Shown: positions 1 through 9,769 of the stretch, piece after piece
How the letters are laid out: each line of letters begins with the position of its first letter
How positions within the stretch are numbered: the stretch's first letter is position 1
From: Histomonas meleagridis 2922-C6/04-290x
Taxonomy: Eukaryota; Protista; Parabasalia
DNA length: 64,000 nucleotides
Direction: 5' to 3'
NCBI GenBank assembly: GCA_020184695.1
Contig: JAANOX010000037.1
Location: 336,267-400,266, forward strand
The notes under the pieces: generated by a model
The model's database searches: none
The model's input: the letters and a program-made list of their open reading frames with translations, nothing else
Told to the model about the DNA's origin: nothing
Position numbers and translations under genes: made by a program

Positions 1-1
1 T

Positions 2-433
2 CATGGTGGCTTAAGTCCCGAAATTAAAACAATTAAAGATATCGAAAAAATTGATCGTTTCCGAGAAGCACCACATGATGGACCAATGTGCGATGTTTTA
101 TGGAGTGATCCAGGCACTACACGAGGTTTTCATCCTTCTTGTCGTGATGCAGGATATCAATTCGGATCTGATATCACAAGACAATGGAATGAAAATAATG
201 GTTTAGAATTAACAGCACGTGCTCACCAACTCGTAATGGGAGGATTAGAATATACTCATGATGATGGATTAGTTACAATTTTCAGTGCACCTGATTATTG
301 CTTAAGATGTGGAAATCTTGCAGGTGTTTTAGAACTTGATGAAATGCTTCGAAGAAAGGAAATAAGATTTGCTACTCCTAGATTGCTTGAAGACAATTGT
401 GAAGACATTCCAGAATATTATAAATTCACTTGA
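2..433 (+). CDS. PPP-family Ser/Thr phosphatase catalytic subunit (PP2A/PP4/PP6-like), 5'-truncated by the window edge
   Basis: The frame is open from base 2: HGGLSP, DRFRE.PHDGPMCDVLWSDP, RAHQLVM.G, TIFSAPDYC.RCGN.A are PP2A-family motifs. Confidence 0.9.
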   Translation, partial: HGGLSPEIKTIKDIEKIDRFREAPHDGPMCDVLWSDPGTTRGFHPSCRDAGYQFGSDITRQWNENNGLELTARAHQLVMGGLEYTHDDGLVTIFSAPDYCLRCGNLAGVLELDEMLRRKEIRFATPRLLEDNCEDIPEYYKFT

Positions 434-848
434 TTTCATTTCAATAAATTTTAAAAAATGAAATGTTTATTTTTGTAAACTATTTCAAAAGTGATAATTA
501 TGCAGCGGTTGTGATGTTCACCGCTGATTGAGATGTTTCTCTTTATTTATTAAAGAAGAAACTCTAATTCTATTTATTCTTTCCTTCAGTGTTCAAGACT
601 TTGTGTTATTTGAATGCAGAACTCAAATTATTATTCTGATTGATTGACATTTTCATTTTTAAGTCAAATGAAATCTAAAAAAAAAAATGAAATCATAGAC
701 AAAAAGAAAAATTTAATGTGTAATGATTATTTTTTTTGATAACCATTGGTAATAACACTTTGAGCTTACCATTACTATTGGCTGTTAATCGTAACGGTGT
801 TTCACATAACATTTCGGCAATGTCACTTTTCTATTATAGCAAGCTTTC

Positions 849-1460
849 ATGTATGAGAATTATGGATCAATTCCCTCCTTCAAAGTCATCATGCTCGGAG
901 ACTCTGGCGTTGGGAAAACATCGATTGTTCTTAGGAGAACAAAGGGTAGCTTTACATTCCAGATGAATCCCACGATTGGGACATCACATATCAAAACAAA
1001 TGTAAAAATTAATGAACAGACTGTTGAACTTAAAATATGGGACACTGCTGGACAAGAACAATTCGCCTCGCTGGTTTCAATGTACACTCGTGGCACTGAT
1101 GTTTGCATAATTGTAGCATCTGTTGTTGATGAATCATCAATACAGAGTATAGACAAATGGAAAAACCGACTCAATGAAACTGGTGAGTTTCCACCTATTA
1201 TTATAGCCTTAAATAAGATCGACATGGAAGAATCTTCTGAAGAAATTACCATCCTTAGTGAAAAATTTTCATCTCAATATAACAACGTAATCTTTGTTTC
1301 TGCCAAAACAGGGGAAGGGATTGACTCCCTTTTTATTTCTGCTGCAGAAGAAGCTCTCAGATCAGCACAAGCATCTCAACAAAAAGATACCGAAAACCCA
1401 CCTCCCTCAGATATCACTCTTCGAGAAGAAGAGAATAAATGTAGTTGTTCACAAGCATAA
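849..1460 (+). CDS. Rab-family small GTPase
   Basis: GDSGVGKT, WDTAGQE, NKID and SAKTG motifs; C-terminal CSCSQA; Inr-like TCACTTTT about 30 nt upstream of the ATG. Confidence 0.93.
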   Translation: MYENYGSIPSFKVIMLGDSGVGKTSIVLRRTKGSFTFQMNPTIGTSHIKTNVKINEQTVELKIWDTAGQEQFASLVSMYTRGTDVCIIVASVVDESSIQSIDKWKNRLNETGEFPPIIIALNKIDMEESSEEITILSEKFSSQYNNVIFVSAKTGEGIDSLFISAAEEALRSAQASQQKDTENPPPSDITLREEENKCSCSQA

Positions 1461-2003
1461 AATAAACATCTTATCTTTCTGTTAAGTTTGGTGATTTTCC
1501 ATCGTTCATTCGGTTTGCAAATCTGACAATTTTTCTGAGAATTTGACAGATGTAATTGAAAAGAACTCCCCCATCGCCTTTATAACCATGTAAATTATAC
1601 AAAAACTTGTTTTTGACATATCGTATTTTATTTAGTGGTTGACGTTCGGGTGAAGTTTTAGCTGCACAAATTTAGCAGTTAACTGTAAACGATAGGTATT
1701 TGTCGCGCATGGTGCTCAAAGTCGAATATACGCATATTAAGTAAGCAACGCTTACTTATTGCAATATTAATATGAAAACATTTTATAATTTAATTTTCCG
1801 TCATAAATCGAAAATATAAAAATAAAATTGTTCACAGACAAATATGCTCATAATTATTTCATCATAAATAATTTTGGAAAATGCTTTCATGGATCGTTAT
1901 GATCGATAGATAATAAGTAAAAATTAAAACATTTCAACTAATTTTGGTTTAAATTTATATCAAAATAAACATTTCTAGAAATAAAAACAATGTTTACAAA
2001 CAA

Positions 2004-3134
2004 TTACATGAAGTCAAACAGCGTTGTGCTTCTTAAGTTTTTCTTTTTCTTTGATTTCTCTTCAGATTTCACATTTATCACAGGCACAAATTCCATTTCA
2101 TATTCGCCTTCGACTGCTTTATATTCAGATGTCCATAGTTGCGTAGTTTTATCATCTGAACACGACACAATTGTATCGAACGATTCTTTATTCCATTCGA
2201 CGCACGTTGCAGCAGATGTATGACAAATGAAAACTTGCGGCGTTTCATTCTGCCCAACCTTAAACACATTTAATGCGCCTGACGATGACCCTGTTAATAA
2301 GTACCTCGAGCACGGACTGAAACAACAGCGTATGTAAAAGGATCCGACGTTTGGCCAATGCTGAGTTACGTAACAAAAGTCATTATCGAGAGAATAAAAT
2401 GTGATATAGCTATTAGTAGAGATAGAGGCGAGGATCTTATGGTTGGGTGATATGCTTAGAGAGGAAATTGGAACACGAGCGTTCTGTTCTGGGATTGAAA
2501 TTGGAAACGGTTTTTTAAGATTGCGAGAATCCCAACAAAGAAGCTCACCATGACTATCAGATGTGAAGAAATACGTCGGTGATGCAGAGGCAATGGAAAG
2601 AATGGATGGTTGGGATTTTAATTGGATATATGAAATGGGATCTTTTTGACGATAATCCCAAAGATAAACACTCCCATCACGACCGCCTGATAAAACATTG
2701 TCGCCAAGATTGGAAAGACAAAGAACAGTTCCGAGATGTTTAATGTATGATTTGATAGGAACGCATTTTTGAACATCAATAAAAATCACAGACTGCTCTC
2801 CAGTACCAACTACAATAATATTCGAATTATTGAGAAAAACAAGATCGAAAATTGAATTATCAACAACTGAAAATGAATCAACGCTATAAATAGGTTTTTG
2901 TTGTTGCAATGCTTCCTGTCCTCTGACAAATGAAATTTCTCCTTCTTCTCCTGCAATTGCAAGGAAAAGAAATTCATGAGGAGAAAATTTGGCAACATAA
3001 GGGCGAATCAAAGTCACTTCTTCATTAAATTTCGGGATAACAAAGCGAGATGCTGGTGTAAAATCAATAGAATATTGGTATGCTATTGCTCTTCCCGTTA
3101 TTAATGCAGATGGACTTGGTATGTTTTCTCTCAA
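2004..3134 (-). CDS. CDT2: CDT2/DTL-like WD40 substrate receptor (CRL4 DCAF); start codon unresolved
   Basis: LAIAGEEGEI, NSIFDLVF, LSGGRDGSVYLWD and SFYIRCCFSPCSRYLLTGSS match DTL/CDT2 blades; the C-terminal TTLFDF is PIP-like. The ORF begins at TTG and has no in-frame ATG until near the end. Confidence 0.75.
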   Translation of the reverse strand: MRENIPSPSALITGRAIAYQYSIDFTPASRFVIPKFNEEVTLIRPYVAKFSPHEFLFLAIAGEEGEISFVRGQEALQQQKPIYSVDSFSVVDNSIFDLVFLNNSNIIVVGTGEQSVIFIDVQKCVPIKSYIKHLGTVLCLSNLGDNVLSGGRDGSVYLWDYRQKDPISYIQLKSQPSILSIASASPTYFFTSDSHGELLCWDSRNLKKPFPISIPEQNARVPISSLSISPNHKILASISTNSYITFYSLDNDFCYVTQHWPNVGSFYIRCCFSPCSRYLLTGSSSGALNVFKVGQNETPQVFICHTSAATCVEWNKESFDTIVSCSDDKTTQLWTSEYKAVEGEYEMEFVPVINVKSEEKSKKKKNLRSTTLFDFM

Positions 3135-3503
3135 TAGAGGCTGAATACAAAAGGAAAAGTGACAGATCTAGAATAAAAATTTCAACATGTTGTCCTATAA
3201 ATTTCCAATAATACAATGCTAGCTACAACAAAATGCAATGCCTTTTTGGTCTCAAATCGAAATATATGCTTGTAGCTTTGAGTAAGAAGAAATCTTACAA
3301 ATTGATAAAGAGAAAAGTCAGGAATTTTTGATTCAGTTTTCAGGCAAAATAAAATTTGCTTGTTTACACTGTCAATAATTGTGTTTATATAGATAATATC
3401 TCAGTGTTTCTCTGAAAACTTCAAAATTTTGAGATGAAATGACCAGATTTAATCAGAATATTATTTCCAAAAAGATTAAAATGAATTTTTTAATTAAACT
3501 TGA

Positions 3504-3704
3504 TTAAAGGAAAATACACCGAGCTTTCCTCTTTTCATCTTTATGCTTCTCGGCTTCTTCGTTCTTTTCATTATCAGTTTTTTCATTTGTTTCTCCTTCG
3601 TTTTGGTTATTGGTTGTTTCGTTATTTTCATTGTTTCCATTATTTTGCTCTTCTTGAACTTCTTCTTTTGGTGCTTCACCATTGGCCATATCCCCTTCTG
3701 ACAT
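3504..3704 (-). CDS. Small acidic E/N-rich hypothetical protein (66 aa)
   Basis: ATG preceded by an Inr-like TCACA/TTCA; coding-like E/N/K codon bias; no recognisable domain. The 3' end may be frameshifted. Confidence 0.4.
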   Translation of the reverse strand: MSEGDMANGEAPKEEVQEEQNNGNNENNETTNNQNEGETNEKTDNEKNEEAEKHKDEKRKARCIFL

Positions 3705-4234
3705 GAAATTATTGTGAGGTAAAAAATGTTAGTTTCGATATTTATAGTTGAAGATAGAAGTTTTGAGCAAAAGACAATTTTTTTAAAAAAACCTACGATT
3801 CCCAAAAAGCATATGATAATATTAGTTTTGGACATGCTTATCCACTCTACTAAGCAAAATAATTATTTGTTATATTATAAAGTAAAAGAATTTCGTGTTC
3901 AAATAATAGTATTAGAACCATAAAAAAAATTGAAAGCGTCCTTTATTTGTTATTTTCTAAAGAATAACATAATGTAACTAGAAAATGATTTTAAAAAAGA
4001 GTCTCTAAAATTCATGACATTAACTTGAAGAAATTAAATTATTAATAAAAAAAAAATAAACAAAAATGTGGGAAATTACTAAACAGAAATATTATTAGAA
4101 CACAATTAAAATTTGTAAGTTATTGAACGATGTAACAAAGTTACAAGATGCCGTTTAACTTTCGATTTTTCTGAAAAAGTGGATTTGATAACGTACGTTT
4201 AAATATCTTTCCGCGATCTTTTAATTTTTTCATA

Positions 4235-5326
4235 ATGGGAGTAAAGAATCTCATGAAATTTATAGAAAAACATGCCCCATCGGCTATTAAAAAAATAAGA
4301 ATTGATCAATTAATGGGGAAAACAATAGCAATAGATGCATCTTTACAAATCTATCAATTTCTTGTTTCTGTTCGTCATATTGGAAATCAATTAGTTGACG
4401 AAGAAGGAAATACCACATCACATCTCCAAGGTATCTTAACAAGAACAGTCAATTTCATTACTAATGGTATCAAGCCAATATATGTTTTTGATGGAAAACC
4501 ACCAGAAGTTAAAAGCGCCGAACTTCAAAAGCGTGCTGAAAGAAGGCAAGAAGCAGAAGCCCAACTTGAAGCTGCAATTGAAGCTGGAAATGAAGAAGAT
4601 ATCAATCGTTTTAGTAGAAGAACAGTTCGTATGGACCCACAGCAGGTAGAGGAATGTAAGCGACTTCTCAAGTGCATGGGAATCCCATATGTTGAAGCAC
4701 CATGTGAAGCTGAAGCAGAATGTGCTGCCTTATGCAAAGCTGGACTTGCTGAAGCCACAGCTACAGAAGATATGGATTCACTTGCTCATGCTACTCCAGT
4801 TCTGATTCGTCATATTGCCAAACCCGATGAGATTGTCTCCATCTCTTATGAAAAAGTTCTTGAAGAAACACAGCTTACACATGAACAATTTATCGATTTT
4901 TGTATTTTGTGTGGATGTGATTATACAAATACCATTAAAAATATTGGTCCAAAACGTGCATATGAATTAATTAAGCAACACAAAACTATCGAAAATGTAG
5001 TTAAAACGATTGACAAAAATAAGTATCCAGTGCCTGATGATTTTGATTATCAATCAGCTCGTGATATGTTTTTACATCACGAAGTTGTCACAGAAGGATT
5101 AGTATTCAAATGGGGAAAGCCTAACAAAGAAGAAATGATCAAGTTTCTTGTAGAAGAAAAAGGATTCAACCAAGGAAGAGTTGAATCCATTGCACAGAAA
5201 CTTATCAAGGCAAAACAAGGAGGCCAACAAACCAGAATGGATTCCTTTTTCTCTGTAATGCCTTCAGCACCAAAGAAGAAAGCACAGTTGCCTCCAAAGA
5301 AAGCGCCGAAAAGTAATAAAAAGTGA
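4235..5326 (+). CDS. FEN1: Flap endonuclease 1
   Basis: MGVKNL start, IAIDAS..IYQFL, YVFDGKPP, EAPCEAEAECA, TEDMDSL and LCGCDY (H3TH) motifs; PIP box QTRMDSFF; basic tail. Confidence 0.97.
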   Translation: MGVKNLMKFIEKHAPSAIKKIRIDQLMGKTIAIDASLQIYQFLVSVRHIGNQLVDEEGNTTSHLQGILTRTVNFITNGIKPIYVFDGKPPEVKSAELQKRAERRQEAEAQLEAAIEAGNEEDINRFSRRTVRMDPQQVEECKRLLKCMGIPYVEAPCEAEAECAALCKAGLAEATATEDMDSLAHATPVLIRHIAKPDEIVSISYEKVLEETQLTHEQFIDFCILCGCDYTNTIKNIGPKRAYELIKQHKTIENVVKTIDKNKYPVPDDFDYQSARDMFLHHEVVTEGLVFKWGKPNKEEMIKFLVEEKGFNQGRVESIAQKLIKAKQGGQQTRMDSFFSVMPSAPKKKAQLPPKKAPKSNKK

Positions 5327-5345
5327 CAAATAATTTTTGTGTACT

Positions 5346-5891
5346 TTACTCAATGAAGTGAACTTGGGTTTTTGTGGTTTTCTCGTCTGGCTTAAAGCTT
5401 GGATCTGGCTTTCCAATTGCAACGGAAAGACCAATGCGGTCGGTAGGGATTCCAAGAATTTCAGATGTGAACTTGTTTTGTGGTGGATTAGATGCCATTA
5501 AAACTGGAAGAGTTGCATAACCAAGTTCGACAGCAGCATCAATGACAGAGACCATAGCTGCGCCACAGTTTGTTTCACCACGTTTGCCTTTTTCACTATT
5601 ATAGATCCCGAAGATGACACAAGGAGCATCACACCAAATTGTAGATTGAAGTGAATATTTCTCTTTACGGGCATCAAGGTAATTAAGGAATTCAGGGGTT
5701 CCTTGGTGAACCTGAGAACTGATTTTATCGATGATTTCTTGATTTGTGATGACAAGGAAATCAACATTTTGGTTTCCAAGAGAGCATGGGTAGTTACGCG
5801 CCGCGTTGACTATCTTTTCAATATCTTCGCGTGGGACTTTTTGATCACGGATGAATTTTCTGCAGCTTCTTCTGTTTAGAACCTGATCCAT
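5346..5891 (-). CDS. Nitroreductase-family flavoprotein (181 aa from MDQVLNRRSCRKF)
   Basis: RRSCRKF, P.S.GNQ...F.VI, AAVELGYAT and ILGIP....LSVAIGKP are nitroreductase fold motifs; Inr TCACA upstream of ATG 5891. Confidence 0.85.
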   Translation of the reverse strand: MDQVLNRRSCRKFIRDQKVPREDIEKIVNAARNYPCSLGNQNVDFLVITNQEIIDKISSQVHQGTPEFLNYLDARKEKYSLQSTIWCDAPCVIFGIYNSEKGKRGETNCGAAMVSVIDAAVELGYATLPVLMASNPPQNKFTSEILGIPTDRIGLSVAIGKPDPSFKPDEKTTKTQVHFIE

Positions 5892-6081
5892 TTGCTGACG
5901 GTTATTAATGTGAAAAAGTTCTTTGACATTTGTCGCTAAACAACAAAAATGTTTTCTTGGAATAAAATGTGTTTTCCAAATGATCACATCAAAGATCATT
6001 GGTGAAAAGAAACGTGATTTCAATTTAAGAATAATGTGTAATGATTAAATAAGAAAATTAAAATTTCACATCAGATGTAGT

Positions 6082-6537
6082 TTAAGCAGTAAGAGCAGAT
6101 GCTGTTTGGGCGTTGTACTTCCAGTTTGGTGCAATTATACGTCTTGCCTTGTAGTAACGAGCAAGACGATGGATACGGGATTCGATAAGAATAAGACGGT
6201 ACTTGCCATCAATGTCGTGGCTAGACCTTTCGAGGTGCTTACGAACGTTGACTGCTTTCTTGATTAAATAGTATAATTCTTCTGGAAGAGCTGGTGCTAA
6301 TCCATTAGCCTTAAGAATGCGGAGAACCTTATTGCCTGTGACTGCGCGAACTTGGCCAACACCATGACTATCACGGAGCTTTTCACCAATTTGTGATGGT
6401 CTGATTCCTTTCTTAGCATAGTCACAAATGAGTTGGACAACGTTTTCACCAGAAAGTTGGAGCCAATGTGGTGCTGTTCTGCGGTATGGGATTGTTGAAC
6501 CAGAAATACCTTTACCAGGAGAATGGAGACGACCCAT
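6082..6537 (-). CDS. RPS13: 40S ribosomal protein S13 (uS15), 151 aa
   Basis: [14 protein letters not shown]...PSQIG..LRDSHG...[19 protein letters not shown]...[20 protein letters not shown]. Confidence 0.98.
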   Translation of the reverse strand: MGRLHSPGKGISGSTIPYRRTAPHWLQLSGENVVQLICDYAKKGIRPSQIGEKLRDSHGVGQVRAVTGNKVLRILKANGLAPALPEELYYLIKKAVNVRKHLERSSHDIDGKYRLILIESRIHRLARYYKARRIIAPNWKYNAQTASALTA

Positions 6538-6541
6538 TTCG

Positions 6542-6546
6542 AAAGG
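6542..6546 (-). promoter_or_regulatory. M5-like CCTTT core-promoter motif upstream of RPS13
   Basis: CCTTT lies 4 nt before the ATG; the same motif occupies the equivalent position in RPLP1 and RPS21. Confidence 0.6.
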
Positions 6547-6680
6547 TTGACCAAACCGGAAAAAACTCCTTTTTTCATTCAAAAAGTTATATCACGACAT
6601 GAAATGAATTTGTGAATCTATCGTTTACATAACCGTCAAAAATGATCGTTATATTGCTGGTGATTTGTTTACTATTTTTG

Positions 6681-7856
6681 TTAATTAAGTGGATCGTACT
6701 TATTTCTCTTGCACTTATCCTTTACGATGACTATAACTGCTATCACGCCAATTGCAAGGCATATAATTACCGATACGTATGCAATTATCATTGGCTTCCT
6801 CGATGATGTTGGTTCGAATGTGTTAACTTCGACAAGTTCATATTTTACAGAACTTGGAATTCCTTTTGTGTCAATTTTATTTTGATTTGCTTTTGAGCTT
6901 CCGAGTGTCAAACTAAATCCGGTCGTATCCTTCCAATTGCCATTAAAAACGAAACCGATTTTAGCGTTTAAGAATGGCTTAATGTCAGTGACTCCATGCA
7001 ATTTCACTTTCTCAAAAAGATAATAGTTTTTAACCAAATTCTCAAAGAATCCATAGAATGGTTGGTCAAAGATGATTTTGATTGGCTGTGGAGTCTTGAC
7101 ATTATCAGAAAGATTTATTGTGATATCATATGAGTCTGAAATATATGGATCGACCATAATACTTACTTTGGATGTTTGGGAGTTTGGTATGACATATTCA
7201 GTGGTTTCTTCGTCTTCATCTGTAACTTCAAGTGTTAATTGATTAGAATCAACTTTGATGGATGTGAGTTTGTCATTGATAATAAATGTTTTACTAGATG
7301 CTGTGGATTCGTTGAGTTGGGCGAGATCAGTGGTGTAGAGTTCGTCAGTTTCAAGTTTGCCTGTTAATAGTGTATGATATAAAACTGCTTTGGGAACTTT
7401 GATTGTCCCATTGATTTCCGTACTGTGCGAGCTGAAAATAATTTGCGATACTGAGTTGGTTAAATCTTGATTTTTATAATAAACAACATCGGTTTGGAGA
7501 CTACTCATGTAATAGCCTATATAAACACTCTTTTTGGCAGAGGAGGGTGATAGGTCAACGGGGTTGTCAGGGGTACTAGAAAATGGGCCAATGTATGCAT
7601 TCTTGCTGATTATATTTCCAATAGTCGAAGCTTCTGTTAATTCTGGGCAATAAAGATCAAGAGTTGGATAAAGGTCAATGATCTTTCCAAGTACTTCGCA
7701 GTATTCTGGAGCATAATTTTTAGAACAATTATTATACTCTTCCTTCATTTCTGGTGTTACTTCAGTCACCTTAGGACAGACTTCCTTCATGTCAAAATAA
7801 ATATATTGAAAATCAGTAGTTGCTCCGAGAGTTAATCCTATTAAAAAGAAAAACAT
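6681..7856 (-). CDS. Type I single-pass surface protein of an uncharacterised family (distant paralogue of 38783-40012 and 40832-42196)
   Basis: Short hydrophobic N-terminus, C-terminal TM (IIAYVSVIICLAIGVIAVIVIV), tail ending YDPLN; shares a Cys pair and the IIFDQPF motif with the two paralogues. Confidence 0.75.
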   Translation of the reverse strand: MFFFLIGLTLGATTDFQYIYFDMKEVCPKVTEVTPEMKEEYNNCSKNYAPEYCEVLGKIIDLYPTLDLYCPELTEASTIGNIISKNAYIGPFSSTPDNPVDLSPSSAKKSVYIGYYMSSLQTDVVYYKNQDLTNSVSQIIFSSHSTEINGTIKVPKAVLYHTLLTGKLETDELYTTDLAQLNESTASSKTFIINDKLTSIKVDSNQLTLEVTDEDEETTEYVIPNSQTSKVSIMVDPYISDSYDITINLSDNVKTPQPIKIIFDQPFYGFFENLVKNYYLFEKVKLHGVTDIKPFLNAKIGFVFNGNWKDTTGFSLTLGSSKANQNKIDTKGIPSSVKYELVEVNTFEPTSSRKPMIIAYVSVIICLAIGVIAVIVIVKDKCKRNKYDPLN

Positions 7857-8199
7857 TCAGTGATATGTGCCTGGGAAAACGGTTATAACTGTTTGAACAA
7901 GCAGTACGATAGGACTTTTGAAAAAGCCAAACACGATACATGTAACGCCAAAGCCATTCAAATTTCTATCGTATGTATGTTTTGTAAGCCCTAAAATTAT
8001 TCTTTATATAAGTAACTCGAAATACATTCTGTGCACAGAATGTATTTTTATCTTTCGGAATATTTTCATTGATAAATTTATGAAATGTTAGTTGAGATAA
8101 TATGATCCTTTTGCAAATTCATTAATTCATATAAAATATTTTTATTTTCATAATAAAAAATTTTTTTTTGTTTTATTCATAAGCAAATATTTATAACAA

Positions 8200-9400
8200 T
8201 GAATTGACCAGTTTAGGAATACATTGTCCAAAGTATACTTGATAATGATGGAATTTCAAGTGTTACGAAATTTCGTTTCAAATGTAACAAATAAAGAATG
8301 TACATGATAGTTTTGAGATTTGATGGAAGTTTAAGCGTATCAAATGCTGTACAACTTACAAATCCGTAAGAGTTGTTGAAATGTTTTCATTAAATGGAAT
8401 TTTTGCGTTTTCACATCCATAAAATGCATAATTGTCAATTGTTCATAAATTTTTTGGAAGTTGTATTGATGCAAAATCATTAATTGTCATATTAACTTGA
8501 TCAGGATCTTCAAAGCTTGTAAATTTAAAATAAGAAAAAGCTCTTCTATCAATTTGCAATATTTACACCAAGTATTATCTGATTTAATGAAATACAACTA
8601 CATTTCTTCAGCTGTAAATGAATGAAAGATAATAACAATTTGAAAATGTATAATCATTAATAGTTTCAGGTATTGTACTTTTCACGATGTTAAAAAGTAT
8701 GTGCACCAATTGTTTGAGTACAGCTAAGAATATTAGCTTCAGTTAAAGATGTCAATAATTGAAAGGATTTACTAAAACTATATGAACTTAAACTTGAACA
8801 TTTGTAAATGCAAAAGTTTCTATTGCTTTGACATTATCTGATAAAACAATTGTTTGAATCGATGAACATAAAATGCACAATAATTAGTTTCGAAACTCTT
8901 TAATGCATTAAAATTTTCAAATGCATAATTTCCAATAGTATCAACATTAATTGCACCTTTTATTGGATGTATAACTTGATTATTAAACACATATTCATCG
9001 ATAGTTGTAATTGTATTAATGATTCAGTATTTTTATTTGCTATTGGTTTGCACATAAGAAAGGCAAATTACCATGATTTTAAATAAAAAACTCTATCAAT
9101 TTCATGATAAGAATATACTGTATTTTTTTCTTCTACTTTAATAACTTCAAGAATAAAACATTTTTGAAAATACTCTACCAGATGTAAAGCTTTGAACATA
9201 TGTTGGAATTGTAATATTTTTTACAGCAAAACATGAATCAAATGCTTTAGCTTAATAGCAAATATAGATTTGCCAAGTAAACGACTGTGTAGTTTATACA
9301 ATTCGCAAAATATCATTTTGAATTTTGCTAGCCTGAGACTTCAAATGTTTATTCAAATTTACAAACAAAAATATGTTTTCACTGGTTATGGCTCAAGCTT
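8200..9400 (-). pseudogene. Decayed BspA-like (TpLRR) gene
   Basis: Minus-strand fragments such as SIQLPKNL*TIDNYAFYGCENAKI and AKAFDSCFAVKNITIPTYV, broken by many stops and frameshifts; boundaries approximate. Confidence 0.7.
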
Positions 9401-9769
9401 TATCCTAAAACAACATTTTTTTTTAATAATACCTCTTGAAAAAAAATCTTTTTGATCTTCAAAATATTTACAAAAAAAAGTCATTTGTTTTTTCCTTCTC
9501 ACATAATTCTAATGCTCCTTTCATGACTAGACTACATCACATATGATGAGTCTAAAAAAGAATGCTGTTCTAAGTATGTGAGCCACAAACAGTGGCGTTC
9601 TTCATGTCCCAGCGACTATCTCCCAGACAATTTCATCAAATAAAAAGCGGCAAAAATTGTGTAGGGTGGCAGTTTTTTTCTTTGAAATTTGAATGTAAAA
9701 GAATGCCTCAATTGAGAAAGTTTTTTTTTATTTACTAACGACTGTTGGACAGATTTAACAAAGCCAAAC

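Noticed and set aside
503-526. 7-bp stem CAGCGGT/ACCGCTG with GTGATG and CTGA, resembling C/D boxes
   Set aside because: Too short for a C/D snoRNA and the box C is imperfect; it could arise by chance.
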